This document shows, piece after piece, positions 12,209 to 27,010 of a stretch of 64,000 bases of DNA. This DNA comes from Octopus sinensis (lineage: Eukaryota): the NCBI RefSeq assembly GCF_006345805.1, contig NC_043009.1:61752001-61816000 (forward strand), written 5' to 3'. Below the pieces are notes generated by a model. The model saw nothing but the letters and a program-made list of their open reading frames with translations, made no database searches and was not told the origin of the DNA. Positions within the stretch are counted from its first letter, which is position 1, and every line of letters begins with the position of its first letter. The position numbers were made by a program, and so were the translations under genes.

Positions 12209-14221
12209 TAAGGTATGAATCAACAATTAGCACTTCAAAGATCAAGTAGATAGCGCTATATAACTCTACTGACTCAATGTCAGTATATATACTCAGAGAG
12301 ACACAGAAACTAATTGTATTAGCAGAATCATTAGAGCATGGGGAAAATGTCAAGCAGTGTTTGTGCTGGTTCATTACATTGCAAGTTCAAAATCTACCAA
12401 GGTCAACTTTGCCTTACATCTTTTTGGGGTTAATGAAATGAAGTACCAGTCAACTGTTAGAGTTGTTGTAATTGACTAAACCCTTTCCCTCAAAATTACT
12501 GGCACTTGTACCTAAATTAGAAATAGTCATTTTAGACTGGCGATCTACCCTGCTCGGTGGGACATTGGACAAATTGGCTTGCAACATTTAGTAACATCCC
12601 TTTTATGTTCTGAGTTCAGATCCTAAAGAGGTTGCCTCTGTGTTTCTTCCTGTCAAGGTTGATTTTAAAAAGAAGGGCCAGTAATTCACTAGTGTTAATT
12701 TAATCCCTTATTCCCAACCCACACATCTAAGGCCTAATATTATTAATTATGATAATGGTTTTTGATTTAGACACAAGGCTGGCAATTTTGAAGGAAGGGC
12801 TTCAGTTGATACCATCCAACCGAGTAGTTGATTGACATTTGATGTATCAATTCTGGAGGGAATGAAGGCAAAGTTGACCTTGGTAGGATTTGAACCCAGA
12901 AGGTAAAGGGATGGAAGAAATACTGCAAGGCATTTTTTCTGATGTTTTAATGATTCTGCCAGCTTGCTGCTCTTTTTGATGATGATAATGGTTTCAAATT
13001 TTGGCACAAAACGTGTAAGTTCAGGGGAAGGAGTAAGTCAATTACATTGACCCCAGAGTTCAACTGGTGCTTATTTTATTGACCCGAAAAGGGATGCAAG
13101 GCAAAGTTTACCTCAGTGGAATTTGAACTCAGAATGTAACGTTGAACGAAATGTTTACCAATGCAGGTATAATAATTACAGAGGGGATCTCCTGGTCACA
13201 GACAGTTTACTGAGAATTTACAAGCCATTACTCTAAGCTGTAATAACGACCATGATGATGATGATAATAATAAGGTTGACTGCACTTTTCCAACAATCCA
13301 GAGAAAGCACTTAGGAAAATAAAACGAATATACAAATACATATGTGTGTTTGTGTGTGTGTTTGTGTGTGTTTGTGTGTGCATGTGTATGTGTGTATAAA
13401 CAATCTGATTGAAAAGATATACATTATATACACACAATGTATACGTGTGTATGTGTATGTATTTATAAATATAGATATATATATATATAATGTAGTTATT
13501 TATATAAATTGAAAAGAACAAGTTGAAAGGTATCAAAAGACAAGCAAGAGTGAACAAAACACCTGTATTTAATGTTAAGTGAAGCTTTCTCTGTGTATAT
13601 GAGAAAAAAAAAGGGGGGAAATAAAACATAAAAAAGTTATAATCTCGATATCAGCTGGTGTAAATAATAAAATGGAGTATAATGTATATCTGAGCATAGT
13701 ATTGTACAGAGTAATATAGTTCAGTGTACATAAGTGCGGGAATGAAATTTGCTTAGGGGGTGCCAACCCAGTTTTTCAGGAGGATCTTCAAAGCGTATTC
13801 ATTGCCTACCAAAAATTTTAGAGGGTTCACTTGCTCCCCCTGCACCTGGTTCCTAAGCCTACGTGAATGTAATGAATACAATACAGTGTTTGCAACAGAG
13901 TAATGAAAGATATAGTGTGGTATAGTATGGTATAGTATATATGGTATAGTATAGATATAGTATGGTATAGTATAATCAGTATAACACAATATAGCATAGT
14001 TTAGTAATACGCTACATCATGATATATAGTGTAATACAATCTGGTACTTATAGTATAATACCTGCCACAAAGTCCAGTCATTGATGCAGTGTAGGGGCTA
14101 GTGCACCTCAATGACTCTGAAAGCTGTACCTGTAGAGCACAAGCTTCTATGCTGGACAGTCAAAGGATAGAGGCCAGGCTAATATGGATCACCTCTTCCC
14201 AGAGGTTAAAAAGTAAGTTTA

Positions 14222-14437
14222 CATAGGGCCAAGATGTAGGTTTGCATAGGGCCAAGATGTAGATTTGCATGGGGCCAAGATGTAGGTTTGCATGGGGCCA
14301 AGATGTAGGTTTGCATGGGGCCAAGATGTAGGTTTGCATGGGGCCAAGATGTAGGTTTGCATGGGGCCAAGATGTAGGTTTGCATGGGGCCAAGATGTAG
14401 GTTTGCATGGGGCCAAGACATAGGTTTGCCTAGGGCC
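14222..14437. repeat. 23-bp minisatellite (TGTAGGTTTGCATGGGGCCAAGA), about 9 copies
   Basis: Unit starts at 14235, 14258, 14281, 14304, 14327, 14350, 14373 and 14396; terminal copies diverged. Confidence 0.95.
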
Positions 14438-15090
14438 AGTCGTCTATGCTTCATAGGGAACAAAGGGCTGAAGTGAATAACAATACAATGCAGTACACTA
14501 CGATATAGCAAAATATAAAGTCAATAGTTTAATGTAGTAAAACACGGTATGCTATATACAGTACTGTACAGCATGGTATAGTACATTTATAATATAGTGT
14601 TTGGAATGTAGAACAGCTGTTTTGAAGCCCTAACTGTTAGGGCAACATGACCCACTATAAAAGTGGGAGGTAACCCGTCACTCTTATATGGTGAGGTTCA
14701 GCCCATACTGGGTACATTGGGCATCTTCTGTCAAACTGTGTCTAAAGTTGCATAACAGTGGCATGGTGGTGGAGAAGGAGAGAGTGAGGGAGAAAGGGGT
14801 GGTGGCAGCTATGGGATATATATGTATATACACATACGAGAGAGCGGGAGCATAAGTGATATTTACAAAGATAGATATGTCACATGTGAGTAAGTTACAG
14901 TGTTTGTTGTTGAAGTGTTAAAATTAAGGTCAGCTGTTTCGTGTTTGTTGGGTTTAAAAAGTGAAAACAACAACAAAGTTGAATACATGTGTATGTATAT
15001 ATATAAATACACATACATACACACACACATATATATATATCTGCATGTATGTATATATATATATATCTGCATGTATGTATATATATATAT

Positions 15091-16648
15091 ATTTGCTTAC
15101 AAACTTACAAAGAAAAAAAAAGACCTTCACCAGTAAGTAACACAACATACACAAACACATATACATTTATAAGCATGAGTGTTCACACCTAGACACACAC
15201 ACCAGTCTTATTGTTATTTGTTTTTGTTATCAGACTATAAGCTAACTTGCAATAAAAAAAAGTGATTATAGAAGGCTGAAATGATTTATTGTTGAAGTAG
15301 AACGACTTTTGTAAAAGGAGAAGGTGTATGGGTGGATCAGGGTGTAGAGAGGGTATTTTATAAGACTTTGTAGTAAGGTAAATATAAACACTGATTTACA
15401 AATATTAAATGTTTATATGGTGGTATGTACTGTAGTTAAAGAAATAATGCAGGAAATATGAAATAATGTTGGAAAATGTGAAATGGTGTAGAAAATATGG
15501 AAATAGTGTTGGAAATTTGAAATAGTATAGTAAAATGTGAAATAGTGAATATGTGAAAGAACCTATTATGTGAAATAGTGTTATATTCTTTCTACTATAT
15601 GCACAAGGCTAGAGGGGTACCTAGTTGATTACATCAACGCTCAGTACTCAACTGGTACTTATTTTATCAACCTTGAAAGAATGAAAGGTAAACTTGACCT
15701 TGGTGGCATTTGAACTCAGAACTTAATCGGTTGGAAGGAATACTTCTAGGTATTTTATCTGCATGCTCTAACAATTCTGCATGCTCATAATGATATGTGA
15801 AGTAACAGGGGGATATGCAACATAGTGAAACAGTCACCAAATACACACACTTTTTCCAACTGATATAAACAACTAAATCCACTCCCAGATGTACTGAGAT
15901 TAACACAGGAACAAAATGTCTCAAATGAATGGAAATAGTGCTTTTTCGCACAGGATTAAGTACTACAATTGGGATTGTGTGCACCAGGAAGGAGTGTTCA
16001 TATGTTGCAGCTGTATTCTAGACAATTTGAACATTTCAAATGCCATACTTCAACCTGGTCAGAGTCTATCAATATTTAGACCCAAGTCTAAACTTCGATT
16101 ATCTAAACTTATGATCAATGATATTCCAGCAGTGAATACACATTTTTTAAGGGCTTTGACATGAATTATATTATACAATTAAGGCAGAAGTTTGCTTTCC
16201 CTAGTTAAGACAGAGGTTTGAAATTTGAGGAAAACTGGGCAGCTATTTCTAGCGAGTCAATTACTTGGCTGGAGATATCTATTACTATTAGCCTGAGGTG
16301 AACTTCAATGAAATGTGTTATAACCTCACCTATGGCTATGAAATTAACTTAGCTGTGAAATGGCTGAGAAATCAGCTTAGAAGTTATGAGTTCAAGTCTA
16401 CCATAGTTATTGCCTTAATTTTTCATTCTATGTGACTCAGTTGAGCTAACTGTAAGAAATAGAGAATCTTACCCCAGTTACAGATGTCTTATCCAGCAGC
16501 ACATTTGCCTCATCTGTTTAATATAACACTGAAACTCAGTACCTTAAAAGATCTTTGAGTCTTTGGAGATATTTGCATTTATTTTAAGCTGTATGTCAAG
16601 GTATACTGTGGTTCCCCATTTCAAAAATTACACACACACATAATATAT

Positions 16649-16679
<31 letters not shown>

Positions 16680-18503
16680 CACATCACATCACGTGACCGA
16701 CCAGTCCATCAGATGTAGTTACACATCGCTGGTCACAATGTGTTCGCATTATTTTAGCCCTAACCACTAGGCTATTGCGCCTCCACTATATATATATATA
16801 TATATTATATATATATATATATATATTTGCTTACAAACTTACAAAGAAAAAAAAAGACCTTCACCAGTAAGTAACACAACATACACAAACACATATACAT
16901 TTATAAGCATGAGTGTTCACACCTAGACACACACACCAGTCTTATTGTTATTTGTTTTTGTTATCAGACTATAAGCTAACTTGCAATAAAAAAAAAGTGA
17001 TTATAGAAGGCTGAAATGATTTATTGTTGAAGTAGAACGACTTTTGTAAAAGGAGAAGGTGTATGGGTGGATCAGGGTGTAGAGAGGGTATTTTATAAGA
17101 CTTTGTAGTAAGGTAAATATAAACACTGATTTACAAATATTAAATGTTTATATGGTGGTATGTACTGTAGTTAAAGAAATAATGCAGGAAATATGAAATA
17201 ATGTTGGAAAATGTGAAATGGTGTAGAAAATATGGAAATAGTGTTGGAAATTTGAAATAGTATAGTAAAATGTGAAATAGTGAATATGTGAAAGAACCTA
17301 TTATGTGAAATAGTGTTATAATTCTTTCTACTATATGCACAAGGCTAGAGGGGTACCTAGTTGATTACATCAACGCTCAGTACTCAACTGGTACTTATTT
17401 TATCAACCTTGAAAGAATGAAAGGTAAACTTGACCTTGGTGGCATTTGAACTCAGAACTTAATCGGTTGGAAGGAATACTTCTAGGTATTTTATCTGCAT
17501 GCTCTAACAATTCTGCATGCTCATAATGATATGTGAAGTAACAGGGGGATATGCAACATAGTGAAACAGTCACCAAATACACACACTTTTTCCAACTGAT
17601 ATAAACAACTAAATTCACTCCCAGATGTACTGAGATTAACACAGGAACAAAATGTCTCAAATGAATGGAAATAGTGCTTTTTCGCACAGGATTAAGTACT
17701 ACAATTGGGATTGTGCGCACCAGGAAGGAGTGTTCATATGTTGCAGCTGTATTCTAGACAATTTGAACATTTCAAATGCCATACTTCAACCTGGTCAGAG
17801 TCTATCAATATTTAGACCCAAGTCTAAACTTCGATTATCTAAACTTATGATCAATGATATTCCAGCAGTGAATACCCATTTTTTAAGGGCTTTGACATGA
17901 ATTATATTATACAATTAAGGCAGAAGTTTGCTTTCCCTAGTTAAGACAGAGGTTTGAAATTTGAGGAAAACTGGGCAGCTATTTCTAGCGAGTCAATTAC
18001 TTGGCTGGAGATATCTATTACTATTAGCCTGAGGTGAACTTCAATGAAATGTGTTATAACCTCACCTATGGCTATGAAATTAACTTAGCTGTGAATGGCT
18101 GAGAAATCAGCTTAGAAGTTATGAGTTCAAGTCTACCATAGTTATTGCCTTAATTTTTCATTCTATGTGACTCAGTTGAGCTAACTGTAAGAAATAGAGA
18201 ATCTTACCCCAGTTACAGATGTCTTATCCAGCAGCACATTTGCCTCATCTGTTTAATATAACACTGAAACTCAGTACCTTAAAAGATCTTTGAGTCTTTG
18301 GAGATATTTGCATTTATTTTAAGCTGTATGTCAAGGTATACTGTGGTTCCCCATTTCAAAAATTACACACACACATAATATATATATATATATATATATC
18401 ACATCACATCACGTGACCGACCAGTCCATCAGATGTAGTTACACATCGCTGGTCACAATGTGTTCGCATTATTTTAGCCCTAACCACTAGGCTATTGCGC
18501 CTC

Positions 18504-18506
<3 letters not shown>
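15091..18506 (+). repeat. Tandem duplication of ~1.7 kb (copies 15091-16786 and 16825-18506)
   Basis: Copies are near-identical with only a handful of substitutions and indels; (TA)n tracts at all three junctions. Confidence 0.95.
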
Positions 18507-18538
<32 letters not shown>

Positions 18539-19546
18539 TGATATTGGTGAATACTAAACAAGTTAAGCAATAATATAGTTGCCCCCTTGCTAGCTCATTT
18601 GATTCAATAATATACTGAAGACAAACATGTCTTCAAGTCAAACTAATTTCTCATCCTACTTAAAAAATAGCCATCTAAACACACCGACCTCCTCATATCA
18701 CACTCTGTGACATGAGTGTGGAAGGATGAAAAAGAAGATTGATGAGTGGGTGAGATTAGAATTTAGCAGAATTAGTAAGAATCATTAAATACATCGAGTG
18801 AAAACGAAATCAGCAGGCAGCTCAATGAATCAACTGACGTTTCAAACACCAGCCAATTACTCATATTTGGAAGTCAGGTTTATAAAAAGAACATCAAGTG
18901 TTTTTTTGTCCTGTAATCAACTTGGTACAACAACCAAAACAGCTGACGTGTTTCAGATGATTCAATTTTCTTCTGATCACTCTGAATTATCCAGGAGACT
19001 GAACAAGGTCTATTTGTATGGATGGAAATATCATGCTGTAATTGGCAAGAAACCATGATTCTTTGCTCGGGTCAAAGAGAAAGCTCTACATGTTTTCACT
19101 ACATGCTGTATTCTGCATGACACAGTTCTGGTATCCAAAACACTGTTCTAATAATAAACTTGTTCTAATAATAAATAAGTTTGTTTTTCTTTGAGGGAGC
19201 CAATTCTACTATTTTCTTCAACCAAGTCACAACACCAGTTTTACCTGTGGGAGTGTATGTAATCAAACTAATAAACACCTTTCATATACTTCTCTAAAAT
19301 AAAAAAGTCACTTCCCACCATCATAGCCTGTCAGAACTCAACCTGTCTCAAGGCAAACAAACATTTGTATTCCACCTGTCCTCTTTTTGATAATCAACTA
19401 TGGTATACTACTGGTACTTTTTACATAAATCACTGAATATTCTGTCAAAGATAACGGCAGCTGGGATTGAACTGAGAAATTCAATATCATAAACTAGACA
19501 TTGTAATTGGGATATATAAGGATTAGTCATATCCTACATTTTTCAG

Positions 19547-19578
<32 letters not shown>

Positions 19579-20849
19579 ATTTATATACATGTGGTCCTCA
19601 GTTGTCTTTGCTGTTTACTCACAGTTCAAAGATGTTCCAACTGTAACCATTCTGTCTTTTATTCAATCCGAATATATTGATGTCTACATGACCATCAACA
19701 TCATTTAGTGTCTGTTTTCCATGCTGGCATGGGTTGAACAGTTTGACAAAAGCTGACCAGCTGAAGAGGGCTGTTCAGGCTCCATGTCTGTTTTGGCATG
19801 GTTGCTACAGCTGGATGCCCTTCCTAACACCAACTATTTTACAGAGTGTACTGGGTGCTTTTTATATGGCACCAGCACCTATGAGATTAGGGATGCTCAG
19901 CTGGAGGGAACTGCAGAGGACAAGCCTGTATGCAAGGGCAACCACCACAGTAAACTGCCAGGAATCTCAGTCGCCTATCATCCCCTCTGTGAGTCCCAAC
20001 GTCTGTAGATCCTTTCTCACCACTTCATCCAATACATGTCCTTTTATACTACAAGGTGTGATTTGATAGAAATTTCTCTGCTGTTTGTAGCAGGTCAAGT
20101 AGAGGCTCTTTAATAGAATGTAAACATGGTTCATAGGTAGTTGTTATAACACACACACGCACAATATAAATTTCTGTAGCTCTAATTCAATTACCATGTT
20201 TTGCACCAGTGTTAAGAAATGTTTGTATGTTTTCGCAGCAAATTTATATGAAAAATATTGAGACAAGAAGTGTTGTCACTGCTGTATGTAACTCAGGATT
20301 GACTAATTACCAGTAGTCAGTCATTTGAACTGCGAAAGATCTTAACAGCATATTCTATTGATGTTAAGTGCCAGCTGAATATCTCAACAAACTTGTTTAC
20401 AATATTGGAGGAATTGTACAGAACTATGACTTTCATTAGCAGACATAGATCACAATGATAGGAAGGAGTGAAAGGATGGAAGTTGTAATAAGGAAGAAAG
20501 ATGAAAATAGACAGCCGAAAAAAAAAAGAAGAAAAAAACATAGAAAGAAAAGGAAATTAATAGAAGATGAAATAAGTAAAGACATGAAATCATGGAATAG
20601 AAGATGAACATTTAAAGGAAAATAAGATGAAGAAGTGAGAAGAAAGAGTAAATAAATGAGAAGAAGTAAAAAAAAAAGAATTTTATCAATTACAATTTTG
20701 CTGGGTATATACTGTATGTATGTATGTGTATGTATACACACACACATCTATACCTACATACATATATACATACATACATGCACATACATACATACATACA
20801 CACAGATATATATATATATATCTTCGATACTATTTTTATATTCTCAAAT

Positions 20850-21445
20850 GCCCTGGAGGACCTTTAGAGGTATGAGATGGTTTCTGTTATCTAGGTGACC
20901 TAATTAGCAGTGGAAGAGGATGTTCTGAAAGTATAGTAGCCAGAGTAAGAACAAGCTGGAGGAAGTTCAGAGAGCTACTACTTCTGTTGGCAAAGAAAAA
21001 GGTTTCTCTCTCAGAGTAAAAGACACACACTGTATGATTACTTGCGCACAAACTGCAACACTACATGGTGGAGGGACATGGGCCCTGAATGAAGAAGACT
21101 GGCAAAGAATGACAAAGTACAGATGTGTTGAGAGAAAAACTTGGCATAAGAAAAATCAGATGTAGTGTACAAGAAAGAAGATCATGTTGGTATGGGCATG
21201 AAATGCATATAGATGAGGGCAGCTGTATAAAGAGGCACAGATTGTTTACAGTGGGTGGAATCTGTGGAAGAGGGAGACCAGGAAAGATGTAGGACAAAGT
21301 AGTGAAGGCCAAGGTCTTCAGTGAAACGTGTCAAGTCATGGAAAGATGATACCTTACTGGGAAATAGAAAGGACATCCGGCTGTAGAATGACTGTCTCAG
21401 CAGATTCTGAGTAACCCATGCAAACATGGAACAACAGACTTGAAT
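20850..21445 (+). mobile_element. Degenerate RTE-clade LINE fragment
   Basis: FCYLGDLISSGRGCSESIVARVRTSWRKFRELLLLLAK followed by a frameshifted RT C-terminus. Confidence 0.8.
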
Positions 21446-21733
21446 ACTATACAAAACATCATTTCAATATGTTCAATTAAAATGCTTTCAAATTTATAAT
21501 TGTAGTGACATTGAATGTGTTTCATTGTATTCAGAGATGCATGTGCCCTCTTTCTGTATGTGTGTCTATATGTATGTATGTTGGGCTAAAAAGTCACATT
21601 CAATCACAGCACCACTAACAGTTAAGCTTTGTGCAATGGCCATACTCGATAACGAGGGGGCAGCCATAATAATGTATGTATGTATGTATGTATGTATGTA
21701 TGTATGTGTGTGTGTATCTATCTATCTATCTGT

Positions 21734-21768
<35 letters not shown>

Positions 21769-22689
21769 CAAACACACACACATACAACTGAATGTACAAA
21801 CATGACAGCCTGAAGAACTGTATGATTCTAAAGCAACAAAACTGTTACAAGTTGACAGTATTAGTTTCAGCTAACCAATTAAATTACACACACGCCCACA
21901 CATGATGAGCTTCTTTCAGTTTCCATCTACCAAATCCATTCACAGGGCTTTGGTTGGCCCAAGGCTATAGTAGAAGACACTTGACTAGATGTCATGCAGT
22001 GGGACTAAAACTGGAACCATGTGGTTGGGAAGCAAGCTTCTTACCACACAGCCACTAATCTTTTACTTGTTTCAGTCGCTGGATAACTGTACTTCAAACC
22101 CGGTACTTATTCTGACAGTCTCTTTTGGCACACAGCTATGTTATGGGGACGTAAACAAGCCATCACCACATGCCAAGCAATGGTAGGAGTACAAACACAC
22201 ACACACTTAAACACAGAAACTTGTAAGATAAAGCCAAAATAATGCAAGATAAATTACAAAGTGAACCATCAAGAGAAAACAGGAAAACTTGCATTGTTTT
22301 GGTCTTATCAGTGGAGGTGCATGGCTCAGTGGTTAGGATGTTGAACTCATGAGCGTAAGAGTGTGGTTTCGATTCCTGAACCAAGCGATGCATTGTATTC
22401 TTGAGCAAAACACTTCATTTCACATTGCTCCAGTCCACTCAGCTGGTAAAAATGAATAATTCTGTGACGGACTGGCGTCCAGTCCAGGTGGGGAACACAT
22501 ATGCCATGGAAATGGGCTTCTTTCAGTTTCCTTCAGCCAAATTCACTCAGAAGGCATTGGTTGGCCCGGAACTATAGTAGAAGACACTCGCTTAAGATGT
22601 AGCACAGTGGGAATGAACCTGAAACCACATGATTGCTAAGCATGCTTCTTTCCCACACAGCTGTATCTGTGCCTGGTATATTCTTTTAT

Positions 22690-23075
22690 TCTTTTATTTG
22701 TTTCAGTCATTTGACTGTGGCCATGCTAGAGTACCGCCTTTAGTCAAACAAATCGACCCCAGGACTTATTTTTTGTAAGCCTAGTACTTATTATATTGCT
22801 TTCTTTTGCCGAACTGCTAAGTTACGGGAAGTAAACACACCAACATCAGTTGTCAAGCGATGTTGGGGAGATAAACACTGACACACGACATACACACACA
22901 TATATAAATATATATATGACAGGCTTCTTTCAGTTTCCATCTACCAAATCCACTCACAAGTCTTTGGTCGGCCCGAGGCCATAGTAAAAGACACTTGCCC
23001 AAGGTGCCACACAGTGAGACTGAACCTGGAACCATGTGGTTGGGAAACAAGCTACTTACCACACAGTCACTCCTG
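22690..23075 (-). mobile_element. SINE family A (further partial copies at ~21905-22190 and ~22510-22670)
   Basis: Sequence match to family A. Confidence 0.85.
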
Positions 23076-25213
23076 TGTATAAACTTGTAAGTTAAGGCCA
23101 AACTAGTAGTAAAGAGTAAAATTCTTTCCAGACTCATATAGACTCATAGGGCTGGTTTCCCAATTTCCATGGCATGTATATTCCTCACCTGGATGGGACA
23201 CCTGTCTGTTGCAGGATTACTCATTTTTGCCAGCTAAGTGGACTGGAGGAACATGAAACGAAGTGTTTTGCTCAAGAATACATGTTGCTTAGCCCAGGAT
23301 TTGAAACCACAATCTCACGATCACAAGTCCTACATTCTAAGCACTGAGCCACCTCCCTCTACTGATATGGCCAAAACAATGCAAGTTTTCCTGTTTTCTT
23401 TTTGTAGTTCACTTTGTAATTTATCTCGCATTATTTTGGTTCTTTATCTTACAAGTTTATCTAATTTAATATCTCACAATGTTTCGCCCTATTCTATTTT
23501 AATATATATCTATGTTTGTATGTATATATTTATGTGTGTGTCTGTGAGTGCGTGCGCATGCGTGTGGAATCATTGCTCTTCGCTGTTGTCATTAATACCT
23601 TGTGAAAAGCATCTGCTCCACAACATCTCAGAAGGCCATGTGCCTAGTCATTGTATGCAAAGAAACATTTGACATACACGCATACATTAATGTGTACAGA
23701 TTCATATCTCTGTAAACATACAGAGAAAATAGTAAAAGAAAATTTTATTGGGATGAGTCAAAATGACAGAAGTACAAAGACTGAGGCTATGAGTCATACC
23801 CAGGTTTCACTGGTGATGTCCCTTCAAACCTGACTGTCAGCTCTGCGTGTGTGGTGCGTGTGTGTGTGTGTGCATAAGTAAGTACTCATGAACCCATACA
23901 CAATGTCTATGTGCATCTATATAAACACATGCATGTACACATGCACACATACATTTATGTAATTATGCATACGCATATGTGTATCTATGTAAAGTACACA
24001 CATTGACACCCATATACAGTAAATAAATGCATATATCTAAATAAACATACTCACATGTATGCATGTATATATATATATATATATATACACATACACACAC
24101 ACATACACACACGTTTATACACATACAGAGAAGCATTCAAATACACACATAATCGTAGACCTGTACATACATACACAATACACACATACCCAGTCCAAAA
24201 GAGAAAGAACACATACACTCCTATATTTTGGCTGAGGTAAAAGTTAAAAAAAAAAAATAATAATCACCGTCACAATATCTTATTGTTACTATTGTTGTTT
24301 TGAGGTCGAGGAGTGATTCAATCCTGATTGGAGGCGGTTTTTATAAGTACCCATGTAGATTTAAGTTGGAGAACACACTATCTACACTGTGTGGCTAACA
24401 TACACATATACAGACACATACAAACACATACACTCATACAAAACAATGTAGTGAATCAAAAAGAATTTTTAATCTAATGAAATTACACTTGTAATGAGTA
24501 AAGACACTTGTGTTAAAACAATTCTCATTAAGAGGGGCAAGGGAGAAAACTTTGAAATGTAAACTGATGAAAAATTAAATGGAGACATGCAGTGGAGGAT
24601 GCGTCTCATCTTTGGTAGATTGGATGATAATGCCAGATATGTTGCTCAGGTCGACTTTGCTTTTCATCCTTTCGGGGTCGATAAATTAAGTACCAGTTAT
24701 GCACTGGGGTTGATGTAATTGACTTAATCCGTTTGTCTGTCCTTGTTTGTCCCCTCTATGTTTAGACCCTTGTGGGCAATAAAGAAACAGATATGTTGCT
24801 CAGGGGAGGGGAACGGAGAGGAGAGAGAGAGAGAGGAGGGGGAAAAAGTTACATGAGAAATGACACAGGGAAGGCATGAATATCACAACACATTTTACTC
24901 TTTTAATTACAAAATGACCAGTAAGGGTGTGCAACACTCGTACACAATATATTTTGTGATGTGGGGGTGAACGTAAAGGCTTGGATGTGAGAGCTGCTCA
25001 AATGTATGTAAACATATAAACCACACACTCCCATCACACACGTCTGTAGTAGGCTGTGACATATGTAATACACTGAGTTGAAAAACTTAGATTATTTGAA
25101 ATTATCTCTGTAATTAGTGGACATAAACTTCCTCTTGAGGTGTTTAAAATCCAAGAACAACAAACAAGGGAAATAACACCAATAAGATTGGTTGATTGAA
25201 ATTTCTTGACAAC

Positions 25214-26064
25214 GTAGAAACTGCCATGCTTCACAGCAGTGAAACATGGGCTGTGATTGCGGAAGACATGCGTAGGCTTGAAAGAAATGAAGCTAGCATG
25301 ATCCACTGGATGTATAATGTCAGTGTGCACACATAACAGAGTGTAAGCGCCCTGAGAGAAATGTTGGACATAAGAAGCATCGGATGTGGTGTGCAGGAGA
25401 GGCGTTTGCATGGTCATGTACTACGGATGGACGAGGAGAGATGTGTGAAGAAGAGCCACTCCCAAACAGTGGAAGGAACCCGGGGTAGAAGTAGACCCAG
25501 GAAGACATGGGATGAGGTGGTCAAGCATGACCTTCCAACGGGCCTCACAGAGGCAATGATGAAAAACGAGACCTCTAGAGTTATGCTGTGACCACAAAGA
25601 CCCGACAAATGAAGTGAGTTCATGGCTCGCAGGATGGCCTGCAGTACTAACTTTGGATCGTAGGGCGACCTGCTGTGCTTGAGGAGACCTATTGAGTTAA
25701 GTACATCAACATCAAAATAAAAATCAAATGGAAATTGTAGTTGTGATACCCGTGCCGGTGGCACGTAAAATGCACCATCTGAATGTGGCCAATGCCAGTG
25801 CCACCTTGACTGGTGTCTGTGCTGGTGGCATGTAATTAGCACGAAGTGATTGTGGCCGTTGCCAGCTTCCTCTGGCCCCTGTGCCTGTGACATGTAAAAA
25901 GCACCCACTACACTCACAGAGTGGTTGGCGTTAGGAAGGGCATCCAGCAGTAGAAACAATGCCAGATCAGGCTGGAGCGTGGTGCAGCCTCCTGGTTTCC
26001 CAGACCCTGGTCAAACCATCCAACCAATGCTAGCATGGAAAATGGATGTTAAACGATGATGATG
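25214..26064 (+). mobile_element. 5'-truncated RTE-clade LINE: RT C-terminus, 3' UTR and (GAT)n tail
   Basis: Translates as VETAMLHSSETWAVIAEDMRRLERNEASMIHWM... and GHVLRMDEERCVKK...VEGTRGRSRPRKTWDEVVKHDL, followed by a 3' UTR with ~55-bp subrepeats ending AAACGATGATGATG. Confidence 0.88.
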
Positions 26065-26952
26065 TAGGCAATGTGGATGTGAGTAGATTTGGCTTTTAAA
26101 TCTCACTGGTGAGAGCAGGGGACATAACAAGAGTCTACCAGACTTTCTAAGCAAAGCAACACTCTATTCAGCTGACAAGCCCAAGAGTAATCAATGTGTG
26201 TGACTGTCTCCTTAGCATGACATCATGTGATAGTTGTAAGCAAGTATGAAAGATAGATAGACAGACAGAGACAGATGTCGAGAATGTAGTGATGCTGATT
26301 ATAAATGGCTGAAGGAAACTCTCTTTGGTGCATTCTGCACATTAAATACAAATACTATAGTCTCATTAAAAAAAAAAACATCAGTTGACTGCAATTAGCA
26401 GAGAAACAGTTTAGAGGGGTTTTTAAGAAAAAAATCTAAAAAACAAGTAAGGGAAATAACTCCAAGGAGATCAGTTGACTGAAATATTTGGAAATCAAAG
26501 GCAATGTAGAGGTGTAGATATCCTTAAATTGAACTGATAAAGACAACAGACACATTTCATTCCCAGCAGACCTCTTCAGTGAAGCCCATTTCACTCAGTA
26601 AGACCAAGAATGATTAGTGTTTATAGAAATGCATGGAGAATAGTGACACACACACACAATACTTGTACACAATTACGCACACAGACTTCAAGACATCACC
26701 ATTCACACACCAGATCACTTATAAGCATACTGCAGTGGGTAAATATCCAAATATATGCCTGATTATACACAGGCATATTTGCATACATAGACACATGCAA
26801 CAGCAGCTGGTGTGCCCACACTTACAAAATACAGGGACATAAGTGCAAATATAAACAAATGCATACATATGTGCACATACAAAATCCCACACTTACTAAA
26901 AAAATAGTTATCAATAACACTGAGATATACACACATACAAACGTCATTTCCA

Positions 26953-27010
<58 letters not shown>

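Noticed and set aside
14222-14437. CRISPR-like array
   Set aside because: The repeats are contiguous with no unique spacers, and the context is eukaryotic.
14605-14670. Small hairpins GCCCTAAC-T-GTTAGGGC and CCCACT-ATAAA-AGTGGG next to AACAGCTGTT
   Set aside because: They have no catalytic core or element boundaries and are too short to interpret.
18825-18990. Two GAAAC(AC)GTC motifs on the minus strand resembling tandem hammerhead 3' halves
   Set aside because: The CUGANGA halves and stems are too degenerate to support a call.
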